A program made the translations under genes and the position numbers. The notes under the pieces are model-generated. The model saw only the letters and a program-made list of their open reading frames with translations. It searched no databases and had not been told where the DNA came from. From NCBI RefSeq assembly GCF_009914755.1, contig NC_060926.1: a DNA stretch of 64,000 nucleotides. One strand, given 5' to 3'. Position 1 is the stretch's first letter. Every line of letters begins with the position of its first letter. The stretch comes from the human T2T-CHM13v2.0 reference genome, Homo sapiens. This document shows positions 13,930-30,641 of this stretch, piece after piece.

Positions 13930-15900
13930 TTCCCAATAAGCATGAACAGCACTGGCATCTCAGTAGGCCATGTGGTTGTGCTTTTCCTCAATTCTCCATT
14001 TCATTTTGATTCACTGAGTTCCTTTTTTCCCACAGAGTGTGGAAGAGAAAAAGAAGACTTAAGTATATAAAAAACTACCTGAATGTACTCAATCTGATTC
14101 TGATCACATGTTGATTTTGAACTTAATATTACCTAACACATCTACATCCTGCTGCTGAAATAGTTCAATACCAAATTGTTCATTTGGGTCAAGGTTGGAC
14201 CACAGTATTATCTCTTCCACTTTTTGAAGAAAGGCACTATCCTACTTCTCCGATTATGGACCCATTAGTTTACTGAAGATTCTTTTTAAACAATAAGCCT
14301 GTTTCTTCTGTGATAAATTTCCTGTGTGATGTAAGCTTTTGTTTCTCAAGCCAGTACTTTACATGAGGGATAAATGCACAGTAGAAATGATTATTCTATT
14401 ACTGACCTTTCATCATTCTGTACCAAATTCAATCAACAATAGCACAGGGTAGTAACTTTTAATAACATTGCTTGCCCTTTGATGAATTATGAGTTAAAGT
14501 ATATGGGTTCGATAAACCTCTTCAGCTAATGATGCTTGTTTTGTAGGCTACAATTCATGTAGGGGGAAGTTTTGTGTACATTGCTTCAGTATAAGATCCT
14601 TGTTCACCTGAAGATGCTCCATTAAGACATCCATTGGTTTGTTAAAAAATGCACAGTTGTTGATAACCTGATTGTGTCCATTTTATTTCCATTGCTCTTA
14701 GAGCTTCAACTAGCCTGGGTAGATTTGGTGGGCGAGGTGCAAGATGGTAGATAAAGGGACATCACTGTTACTTGACCATGCATTTTCTCTGCAGCAAAAT
14801 AGCATCGGGGCAATCACTGGGGCATTTTCGAGACCATCTTTTATGGCTTGTCTAGTGGGTTGGGAGAAGCTCTTTTCTTGGTGGTGTTTGATGTTAATTG
14901 GCAGATATTTTGTGTAGGATGTTGACAGAGTCAGTCACTTTATCATATTTTAAACACATGCTCTTCCAATCCTTTCACTTTGGATGCATTGAACATTTTA
15001 ATCATACCTGGTAGTGTACACCCCAAGCTGAAAACTCCAGGAAGTACGGCATCAACATAAAGGAAATCTCTTAAAATCAAACTCATAGCACTTGATTTTT
15101 TATTTCATGCCAATACACAATGGAAATTGTCATTTGAAAACCGTTTGTTTATGGCTATTAGGCCTAGTATTAGATCTCTTGAAACTTAGAACCCTGGAAG
15201 GCATTACATACCTCCTGGTTAGAACCTTCTGGTCCTGAGGGAATATTGACATATCACCCACCTGGTGCACCACTGACACCTATCAGAATTCATAGCTAGG
15301 ATCTCCTAACAAGTTGGACAATAAATGTGTGGAACACAAAAACAGGGGTATATTTAAATTGAATCTTAATTATATAAAGCCATTTTGGGATGAGCTGGAA
15401 GCATACCCTCTGTGTAAAGAATGGATAAACATCCTATTTTATACTGATAGGATTCTATGATGAACTAAATAGGCCTTGCTAAGCAACAGCTTCTCCTGTC
15501 CAATATACTTACAAGAAAAAAGAAGACCGAAGATCACTTATTATCAACTGCAAATGCTAACTTAGGCAGAAGTCCTCCGATGTTCATTGACTCATATTCA
15601 TCATCTCTGTATGGACTGAATAATTTAATTACTTAATGGTAGATTCCGTTTACTAGTTCAACTTGGTGGGTTCATCAGGAAGGTATATTACTTAATACTA
15701 AACAGACCATAGGTACAATATTTAAATGAATGAATGGCAATCCTGATGTGAAATTCTTCCATGTTAAGGTCATTGCATATAGTAGTAGATTTTTTTTTTC
15801 ATGGTCATGGAGATGAGGCAGTCATCAACCATATTTATCAGCACATAAGATATATAACATATAGGTAACTTCCCAGCTTTATGAGGGAAATTTTGGGGAA
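13930..15900 (+). mobile_element. Ancient decayed non-LTR retrotransposon ORF2 (RT domain), probably RTE-X/L4 class
   Basis: Frameshifted plus-strand translation gives RT motifs in order: QGW..LP.F/KKG; SDYGPISLLKILFKQ*ACFFCDKFPV* (14249-14329); AFD..L*VK (~14475); IG/VKKC (~14636); KMVDKGTSLLL-DHAFSLQQNSIG (14741-14809, a degenerate YADD region); LVVF..WQI. Spacing fits a LINE RT. Outer limits and clade assignment are inferred. Confidence 0.65.
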
Positions 15901-16020
15901 AAAAATTTGTAAGAACTCTTCACCACACGATTTATAGGTTTAAAGTTCTCTAATGTTTTAAAAGCATTTAAAGTCTCCCTAAAGTTCTCTAACATGTAAA
16001 AAACAACTAAAGTCTCTTTA

Positions 16021-16456
<436 letters not shown>

Positions 16457-16984
16457 CTAGAGGCACAATAGCTTTTGTACATGTTTAGGCATGAGATGTG
16501 GGTGCCGTGATTTTACTAAGAGGTTGTGAACCCTCCAGTTTCTCAAAGCATGTGAATCTGTCCAAATAAGTAATACCAAATATCTGTGTTTAGGGAAGCT
16601 GAACAGAATTACAACATTCAATTGTGGCATGTCATCTTTAATCAAAAGCCTGGTTAAGAAAAACAGGCACAGAGGATTTCTTGAAGGATATGTAGTCTAC
16701 TCATTCCTTTAAACTTTTAGCTTTGATGATTGTTATCTTTCTAGATCAAAAGAGAGAGTCACTCCTTGGACCATGCTCCTTCAGCTCCTTGCCGACCTGC
16801 ATTTCTCACCATACAGTTTAACTCTAGGCCCCTATTGAAAGATCCATAAAAGGAAATTGTCCGCAACTTGCTGTATATGTATTGTATGAAGGTTTTGAGA
16901 ATTTAAAAATTTCTGAATACACAACTTCTACTTCCTAGAAGAATTTTTAAGAATTTATGCCAGAAAAAGTGTTTCTCCTAATTT

Positions 16985-18940
<1,956 letters not shown>

Positions 18941-19899
18941 TTGGGAATTAAGGTAGTATGGTGGGTAGGAAGCTCTAGTCCACATCTGTGTATTCTAGCA
19001 ATTATATAGGCCCTCGTGGTGATTTTTATGTACTAACTTTATCCTTGCATTCACCTTGTAAGCCAGTTCTTATTGTCCCTTCATCCTAATTTCTTTATGC
19101 ATTTTTACATCTCTATCCTATTGTATGAATGTATGCAAACTACCTCAAATGCCATTAGGATGGATATGAAAATATGGGTGGAAATTTAATACAGACATTA
19201 AATGATATTTATAACCATGTCTAAATACAGATATTAAATGATATAACAATTATGACAAGGCAGTTATAAATAACTTTTTTTCTTAGTAATATATATTTGC
19301 TTTTTAAAGTATATTAAAGAGCCACCATATCTAGGGTTAGCTAGGAAAAAGCAATGGCACCATCCTGGGAGTCCACCCCTCTGAAAGATTTTTGATTAGT
19401 CTCCATGTTGCAAAGTCCTCCAGTTATTCATGTACATTTTATCCTCTTAGTAGAAGATAAGGGTCTTGTCTTTTCACCCACAAGTTGTACAGAAGAGTGT
19501 AAAGAACATGCTCTGAATGTCAGGAAATGAGGATCCTGGGAGTTTAGCTCTGCAAGTAGTCCTGTAAAGGGCCTTGGACAAGTCATTCAACCACTCTGAG
19601 CCTCAGGGACTAACAGCATTAAAATGAATGAAGTGGTTGGAAGGAATCATTCTCTCTTGTCCCCTATAGCCCTATAGGGGTTTAAATTCGAAGACCATCT
19701 GTCTATATGGAGTAGAAATGTTTGCCTTTCATTCTCTCCTCATGCTAATTCAAGTTACTTGTCAAACCCAGTTCTCTGTACTGGATGCATGATGCCTCCT
19801 CACTCTGCCTCTAGGGCACTTTCACTAGTTAACTCTTACTAGGCATTTTATGAAAGTGCTAAATGCCATTGCAGTAATGCAGATGATATCTAAAGGAGG

Positions 19900-19944
19900 A
19901 AAGAAACAATGCAAAACAATCTCATTGTGCAATACACTTTTATT
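19900..19944 (-). terminator. STK39 polyadenylation signal (AATAAA) plus downstream GU/U-rich element
   Basis: Plus-strand tttatt at 19939-19944 is AATAAA on the minus strand. About 20-40 nt further on, the minus strand reads gattgttttgcattgtttcttt. Confidence 0.8.
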
Positions 19945-21395
19945 TTCCTTTTACCTTTGCAGTCATCTTCGAGTAATCGTTGTGTAAACAATAGAATGGA
20001 ATGAAATTACATTAAATTGTATGCAAATGGCTCTAGAACACCTTAACAATTATGACAAGGCAATTATAAATAACTTTTTTTCCTTAGTAATATATATTTG
20101 CTTTTTGAAGTACATTAAAGAGCTGCCATATCTAGGGTTAGCTAGGAAAGAGCAATGGTACCATCCTGGGAGCCCACCTCCTTGAAAGATTAGACTCCAA
20201 TTTTCAAAATCCTAAGGTTTACTAGTTCCATAATATACAGTCAAGCAGAGGGCTACTTGGGTTGAAAGTATTGATTCTTGAACCTTAACAGCGTTTTACC
20301 TTTTAGTCATTGCACAAAACCCTTCCAATTTTCACTCCACCTGGGTATTCTGCAAAATTTCAAGTAAAACTCAGATTCTGATATTTTCAAGTTTATCACC
20401 TTTAGAATAACAAATCCTATCACTTAAGGAGAGCCAAATCAGAGATGGGTATATAGTTAGCAATCTAACAGAATGGCAACATTTTACATAGCATTCTAAA
20501 CGGTCCAATGAAGCAAAACTTAACATATGCCACCTTATATAGAGGAAATTTTAGATCTGAGACTATTCCAGAGTAAAGCAGCCTCAGGCACATTCTTAAT
20601 GTGAAAGTTTGCAAGGCACCTCCCTCTCCCAAGAGACAGTCAGATTGTAAATTGGTTTTTAGGCAAACAGACTAAAAGAATAAGCATCCAAATTCCTAAT
20701 TCAGTCATTTCAAAATTTAGAAGTTACAAATACTCCAAAGACAGACCCAAAACTTTTTGTTTAAATAACGAGATTAACTGCAAGAAGCATATAATCAAAA
20801 CCCTTTTTTTCTTATAGCTAAGGTGTGTAATGCATAAATATATGAAAAATAAAATTCACAGTCAGTTTTAAAACTAGAATTCAAGTTTGGCTAATAAATC
20901 TTAATTTTATAAGTATATTAATTTCTAAATACAACATAAAAGAGGCAGTATTGTCAGATGTACAATTAAAGTATTATAACAGAAATAACAACAATGAAAG
21001 GAGAAATAGGCTTCTGGATAGAAAATTCCTTTTGTTGCCAATAAATAAGACCACCTGAGTGTATTTCAGATTCTTTTCACTTAAGGGATATCCAAATTGA
21101 TTGCTAAGAATATTAAATAGCTTTTGGAAAAATGAGCAACAGTCGTGCAGCTGTGGCATTTGCTTGTTCTTGTACTGTGGATTGCTAGAGAATAAAGCAG
21201 AACTCGGAGTGTTGTAAGTTTTAAAAAATTATTTTTTTATCCCATTTTGTTGAAGCCGGCCTCTTCACAATCTTCTGATTTTGCTAGGAAATGGGAGTGA
21301 GGGGGTGGGAGGAAATGGGCAGAAAGAGGGAGGGTTGAAGGGAGTAGGGGTGGCGGTGGGGCATGACAGATCAGGGTGACATCAAGGGACATACA
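19922..21395 (-). other. STK39: STK39 3'UTR
   Basis: Repeat-free, AU-rich stretch from the stop codon to the AATAAA at 19939-19944. The exact 3' end is inferred from the hexamer position. Confidence 0.85.
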
Positions 21396-21536
<141 letters not shown>

Positions 21537-22176
21537 CTATGATGGCAGATCTAAGCAAAGGCACAGTTGGTATGGGACCATGTGTCCCATTTCTTCCAGA
21601 AGAGAGATGCCAGCCACTCTCTCGAATGACTACTGGAAGCTAAGTGCTGTCAGCACTGTGGCCATCATGCTATGAAGTACAGAACAGAGGTGGGAAGGGA
21701 TTTGTTATCCATTAAAATACCATGCCCAGGCTGGAAGCTTTGGAACAGTCAGTGAAACACCCCTGCTAAGAAACCACAAACAAATTTTTCAAAAACTAAA
21801 TAAAATTATTTTAAATATACTTTCTAACTAAATCACCTTAGTAATCATTCTGAGAACAACATGAAAATAAGCAGAAGAGATCTAACAGGTCACCCAGGAG
21901 TAATTTAGTTTTTACCAAACTCATTTCTTCTATGAAACTTGCCAGGAAAAAGTCATCACCAAGTACTGCGATGGGCTCATTAGAGAGAACTGCTATATAA
22001 ATACCAGTGAATAAGTTTTACAGGGAAAGGTATTATAACAATTCTTTTCTATAAAAGAATTTTGTTTATATTTTCAGACATATTAATTGCCTAAAATTGG
22101 CAAAAATTATGGTGTGTCAAATACTTTATTTTTCTTACTTCAGAATCAGACAGAACTGGAAAAAAGCCATTGCCTT

Positions 22177-22642
<466 letters not shown>

Positions 22643-24039
22643 CCCCCCCCCCCGCCCCCCTCAGATCCACCATTCTAAGCTGCCTCTCATCCTATAGTAC
22701 ATAAATCAGAATTGGACATTACATAAGAACAACAAGGAAGGGAGAAAAAAGTATGATGAATGACTGGGAATGGGCAATTAATTACCAAAGGATCATACAA
22801 ACCTTTTCAGAGCCTAATTCCTGCTAAATTATTGTCACAACAATTAGTTTCCCATGGAAACGTGCCCTTTCCAATCACCACAATTAAGCTGCATAGCACT
22901 GCTTGTATACATTTAGAATATGTACTATACTGTTTTTTGAACTGTACTGTTCATAGTGTACTGTTTTTTGAACTGTTCAAAAAAACAGTACAGAAAACCA
23001 GCATCAACTCTAGCATTTTCTATTAAATAATCAGCTAACTATAATGTTTGTACCTTGAATATTTTCAAATGATTATCTTTAAAATAACATCCTATGTAAG
23101 TAGTTATGCTTATGTAAAAAAGTCACTAGCCTAAAGGATAAAAATATTAATCAGTATTTAAAGAAAGGAATTTACTTTGTACCTATCCAGTGATATCTCT
23201 GGTTTCATCTGACAGATAAAGATGTTCAGAGAAGTAAAATTGTCATTGTTTGTGTTGACAGGGGCGATGAGGTCTGAAATGCTCTTCTCCTTATCACTTT
23301 CAACAAAGTAGTACAGGCATAGAGGGCATTTTGGCTGAGGTATTTCTGGTGGTGTCACACTGACACTGTAATATTCACCTTCCCTATCCATTTTCTCCTT
23401 GTGTTATCACTGTTTCTTTATCTACCTTCCTAAATCATCCCTTCTCTCTCATGTGTAGCTCTTGTTAACATCATTTACTCAACCCACTGAATAATGGCAG
23501 ACAACCTGTGTAATTAACAGGCAACTGACAAACATCCAAAGACAAACTATGGCTGCTGGTGGTGACAAAAAGGTCACATTGCCAAATGTAAAGTACACCA
23601 ATGTACTTCAAATCTTCATCAGAAATTTGGCAATGTGAATATCAGGAGGTTAAAATGACTAGAATAAAACTACAATATCCAATAGTGGTTGAACTGACTA
23701 GAAATGGGAATATTAAATCCTTTCTTGTGAAGAGTAATGGAAATGAGAACTTACTAGAGTAGGTGATAAACCAGTGGTTACGGTGAGAACATCACAGAAG
23801 GAGTCTTCACAAAGTCCCTACCCACCCTGGGTCCTCAGTGCCTCCCATAGCTACACTGAAATGTCTGTCTCCTGGCCAGGACCTTTGGCTGTGTTTGCTT
23901 CAAGGCGCTCAGCCCTCCTTCCTCTGCTACCTGGGCTCTCACTGCTGAGTCCAGGGCTCTCTCAGCTTGCAAAGCACAAATGAGGGTGATATGCAAATGA
24001 CTCTGAAATTCAGAGAAAGGAACCAATGACCCTTCAAAA

Positions 24040-25900
<1,861 letters not shown>

Positions 25901-25909
25901 ATTTCAAAG

Positions 25910-26445
25910 TGAAGGAGAAGTTCAGAACACGCTACCCCAAAATATGCCACTCTTCTATTTCATGGTTTTGCGTTAAAGACACTTTAAAAAACAACAGCAG
26001 CAGATGCAGGAAGGGCCCTCTGACTTTCCTAAAAGCAGGAGTTAAAACTCCCAAGTGGAAGGTTTCCTCCCTGCACCTGGAAGAAGAAAGCTATTCTGAT
26101 CACCAGAGATGGGGAGCTGAAGCCCCTGACAGACATCTACACAAACAAACCTTGTTAAACTCATCCTCGTGTTCCTAGTCACTTCTCCACGATGAACCCT
26201 CGTCCCAGCCCCCCACTGCCTTGCCCCCTTTCATCATTTATTGCTTCATCCAACTCAATATATGTGCTAAATTCTAACAGCTTCTTTGGGTCTTCATTTC
26301 TTTATGAGGCCTCTCATGTCATGTAAAACTTAGATTAAATAAATATGTATGCTTTTCTCCTGTTAATCTGTTTTATGTCGGTTTACTTCCAGGCCCAGCC
26401 AAAAAACCCTAAGAAGGCAGAGATAACAGTTTGCCTCCCCTGCCA
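25910..26445 (+). mobile_element. MER34-family ERV1 solo LTR
   Basis: Starts tgaagg...ttcagaacacgctaccccaaaatatgccact; 3' part gtaaaacttagattaaataaa...gcttttctcctgttaatctg. Possible TSD AAAG. Confidence 0.7.
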
Positions 26446-26767
26446 AAGGAAAATGTATACATTATCAGGGACCTAATGTGACAGCGTATGACATCATGCA
26501 CGCTCTTACTCAGGGTGTATTCTGATTCCTGAACACTCCATCTCCTCACCCCTCCCGCCATGACAGCAGGTGTGGCCTGCACCCCATGGAGGAGCTGAAG
26601 TTATGGTTACCTGGCGTCACTGAAAAGGAATGCCTCCACCCCAAATGCGGGTGCATTTTGGAATCACTAGGAGAGTGTGAGGTGCCCCCACCCCCCCACC
26701 ATAGAGTCTGAGAACCACTCGTCTATCCCAGTGCTTCCCAGTGTGAAACTACAAGTTTCCTTTAAAG

Positions 26768-26957
26768 CATTGGTTCTCAAACTTCAGCCTGCATCAGAAT
26801 CACCTGGAGGGCTTGTTAAAACGGATGCCTGTGTCCCAACCCCCAAGAGATTCTCATTCCTTAGTCCTGAGATGGGGTCTCAGAATTTACATTGTAATCC
26901 AGTTCCCAAGGGAAGCTGACACTGTCAGTCTGGGGGCCACATGTGGACAGCCACTCT
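26768..26957. mobile_element. MER5A (hAT-Charlie MITE)
   Basis: ggttctcaaactt...gcatcagaatcacctggagggcttgttaaa, as in the MER5A consensus. Confidence 0.85.
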
Positions 26958-27649
26958 TTTAGGCTGGGAGTAGGAGGCACAGAGACATGGACCTTCTGGA
27001 ACTGGAAGTTTCCTTGAAGATCTTTGTCTCACTTTTCTACCCCTTCAGTAGGAGGAGAAAGTTAAAACGCTTAGGTAGTTTTTACCCAGTTTCAGGCTTG
27101 ACTTTACCTGCACTTGGCAAAATGTTGCCTTAGTCATACAGCCTCCAATTATGCAGAAGCTAAGAACCTCTAAAAATAAGTCCGTTTAGTCACTGTGAAA
27201 ATGCTTATGAAATTTCTATCTGCAATACATATAATGCTATTAAACTTCAGTAACTAAAGTCTATAATGCTCATGTTAATGTGTACCAATTAGATGTTAAT
27301 TACATGTTCTCAAAATTTGTATTCTATCTTCAAAGGCAAATTAAGTGTATCTTATTTCATGTTTTTTCTAATGCAATTTCAAAAATTCCACATTGAAAGC
27401 AGGAAGATTCACCTACTTACAAAACTGCCAAGTAGTCCATTCAAAAATGGCTTAAAAATAAAGACCTGTCTCAAGGTTTACAACAATAAAACACTACTAA
27501 AAAAAAATACATCAAACTCAAAGCACATAATAGTTGAGCTGAAATGCCCTCTATGCCTGAACCACTTTGTTAAAAGTGAAGAGAAGAATCTGATCTCCCA
27601 GCCCCTGGCCATACCAACAATGGAAATCCTACTTATTATCTTCCCTGTG

Positions 27650-27980
27650 GAATGCTTCTCAGGGTTTGCTGAACACTGGAACCACCATGAAGTCCTTTTA
27701 ACATTCCCAAAGCCCAGGCTGCACCAAGAGCAGTTAAATAAGAATATCTGTCGTAAGACCAGACATTAGGTCCTAAAACAGGACCCATTTCACATCTTGG
27801 GAACCCCAGGCTCTCTGGGGTTAATTTGCCCAGGATCACACAGTGGAGGCTGCAGACTCACCCCTGGTCTAGACTCAAAGCCCATGCTCTCAACAACCAT
27901 TCATTCCTGGAGGCGCACCCCTGCGGCCCTAGGCATTAATTTTTTAAAGTGTCCCAGTGCTCCCCTGAGTGAAACCACTG
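27650..27980. mobile_element. MER5-type MITE split by a ~165 bp insertion
   Basis: MER5-like halves (cccaggctgcacc..agcagttaaataagaat; aggcattaattttttaaag..cccagtg...gaaaccactg) flank an inverted copy of 28677-28849. Confidence 0.55.
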
Positions 27981-30576
27981 TGCAGGGAGGTAAAGAACCA
28001 CAGTATCATGACACTGCTGTTCTTTAGACAATTTTCAGGCCCCTGACGTTTTCCTTTAAAAAGTAATGAAAGGCACTGAGATGAAAATAATGATAAAAAG
28101 CTGAGAGATAAAGGGACCATGCGCAGCAGCAGCTTACGAGGAAAAACGCTGCTGAAATACTTTGATCTTTTATTCCTGAATAAAATAACCAAGTTGATGA
28201 ATGAAGGTAAATACATTTGAATCTCTGCAGTTTATTGGGATGTTAGTGTCCTATGCAAGATCAGGCCAAAAACCAGTTCAAATTAGCTCTGCCAAGTGGA
28301 TCTCAAACCGGCTGGCAGCTGATACCAACAAAGAAACCCTCCTGGGGCCTAACAAGGGCTGGACAGAAAGTTAAGTGACAGAAATAAGGTCCCTCCTGAG
28401 TTTGGTTTTCGTTAACCATCTTTATCTTTGGGGAGAATAAGCCATCAATTTCCATTTACTGTGAACACCACACTACTACGTTTTCAAGCTGTAATGGGAA
28501 GGAAAACACGGACTTGTTTCCAAAACTCCCCTGTGCCTGACAGGCCACTATTACTCAATCTGCTGAAGGTACAAAGGAGATTCAGTCTCAGCCAATGGAG
28601 ATTCAGTCCCAGCCAATGTAAATGTACCCAGTCATCCAAAAGGAGGAATCTACAAAATGACAGAAAACTGTACAGCCCTAAGGCTGCAGGGGTCTGCCTC
28701 CAAGATGAATGGCTGTTGAGAGCGTGGGCACTGAGGCTAGACCAGGGGGCAGTCTGCAGCTTCCAGACTCAGGATCTGTGTGATCGCTGTGTGATCCTGG
28801 GCAAATCCACCCCAGCGAGCCCGAGGTTCCCGAGATGTGAAATGGGCCTACTACCAGAGATAATGGTAAAGCAGGAGAGCTGGAGGAGTGGGGGCAGACC
28901 AGGCTTCATTAGCCTGTCCCGGGTGTGCGGTTTACAATAGGGCAGTGGAAACACTGTGTCTACCACATTTTGGGATTGTAGGAGGATTACTCTGGCTACA
29001 GGCACAGGGTGGTAAACAGAGCCAAAAGCTGACAAACTGGTGGCAGGAAGATTAGTTTGTGAAGATGAGAGAATCCTGCTTGGGTGCAGGAAATGGAGAT
29101 GCAGGGAAGAGGACAGAATCCAGAGAGAATTTAAGAAACATATAAGCTGATTAGGAGATGAGGGAGAGTTTTACATTATTCTTATGGTTTACCTAGAGAT
29201 TGTACAGCGGCTGTTTTCACAAAATCTTCGGTAGTAGGAAAGGGCCAGGGTTACTGTTCCTCTTTCATAATAAAATGAGAAAAGTCCAGCATGAGAGTTT
29301 CAAACTCTTATCTCTGTTTGCATATTACAAATTAGGAAAATGTTCTTGAGGTGGTATTAAAAAAATGAATAAAGGGACATATATTGGCTTGAAATGCTGA
29401 CACAGGCTGCCATTTTCTCATCAATATACTCTCACATTAAAAAAAAAAAAAACACACACATTAAGAGGTGACAGTGTCATCCCAAACCAGAAAAGGGATT
29501 TTCCTATTTGTTAACCTAGCACTCTACATCTGAATAAAATGTTACTTTCTTATCAAAGCAAAAAGAATTCCTTCAGATATATCTTTTCTGTGAAAATCTT
29601 TGTGTTTTTCTTTTATCACACAGCCTAGCTATCTAAAATTAGATGGGAAGCAAGACCCAGGAAGTTAATTAGCACCAGGCTCACATTTACTGTAACTAAT
29701 CATTTAGCATTTTTGGTCACCCACATTTTCCATTTAATTTCACAAATATAAAAAAGATCATCAATCTATGTTGTGCACAGCAAAGTGTTGGTCATCTAGA
29801 TCTAAAATTGCTTCTGGGATTCTGACCAGCCTTTGATAAAATTAACTTACGATTTTTAAAATGTACCTTAATGTACTGTTCGCTAAAATTTTTTGGAAAA
29901 CGGTCACTTTTGACTATCTGGACTTCTCTCCATTTCTGACCACCACCATCTTGGTCTCACAGTGACCCCAGAATGTCCGGCACTCTGTATCTCTGTGGCC
30001 ACCTAGTACTTAAGTTTACAATCTACTAGTGCAGAATAACTGTTGAAATATCTCCTTTCTACAAAAATCTGTTACTGTTGATTTGAAATGTGGAAGTAAA
30101 TTGTTGTGTCTTTGTCCGCCAGCCTTTGGTGAGTTGTTCTACAATTGCTTCCAATTACCTAAACCATTTCTACAACAATCAGCCTCTATTTTTAAAAGTT
30201 AGAACCACTTGGCTTTTGTCTTAGGAAAGCTTTATTAAGAGTGTTGCTTTGAATTCAGTGTAATTTTGTCTTTATGGTCAAGTTGCAATACAAACTGCAA
30301 GCAAAATGATCTAGGCTTCAAGATTCTTATATGGCCGCTCTTAGTCAAAGGTGTGACGATAAGAAAAAGCTATGCTCATAGAAGAGGACACTTCCAGTCA
30401 CAATCAGAAAACGTTCCCTAACGCTGCAGAGTCAAATGCTTCCAAATGCAAAAATTGATTCTAAAAGAAAACAACAACAGCAAAATTACAGAGTAGGTTA
30501 TTAAACTAGATTATTATTCCCTGCTGGCACAGCATGGCAAAATATTACCTCCTTCTTTCCATAACTTTCCACTTAC

Positions 30577-30641
30577 CAACTTAAATGTCAATGTTTTTAA
30601 AGCTTTGGGATCATCTACAATCTTCTGTAAATTAGCAGCCA
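30577..30641 (-). CDS. STK39: STK39 penultimate coding exon (65 nt)
   Basis: The reverse complement is attttacag|TG GCT GCT AAT...TTT AAG TTG|gtaagt = (V)[21 protein letters not shown]. Splice sites are canonical AG and GTAAGT, and it joins in frame to the 21470 exon to give the SPAK CCT-domain tail. Confidence 0.96.

Noticed and set aside
13960-14760. Minus-strand Gypsy-integrase-like fragments (ILHLAHQIYPG, DPNEQFGIELFQ)
   Set aside because: Distances between the putative HHCC, D and E motifs are about twice those expected, so this is likely chance.
14040-15420. Minus-strand peptides resembling bornavirus N/M/G (LAPRPPNL..SGY, RDFLYV, SPYMNCSL, DQNQIEY), i.e. a possible endogenous viral element
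   Set aside because: Motif spacing is inconsistent with the viral proteins as I recall them, and the hits come from different proteins and frames. The plus-strand LINE RT reading explains the region with correct order and spacing. A tBLASTn against Bornaviridae would settle it.
27293-27769. 158-aa plus-strand ORF
   Set aside because: AT-rich intronic sequence ending in a MER5 element, with no recognisable homology.
28428-28940. 170-aa plus-strand ORF, the longest in the window
   Set aside because: Non-ATG start, antisense within the STK39 intron, runs through MIR-derived duplicated sequence, and has no recognisable domain.
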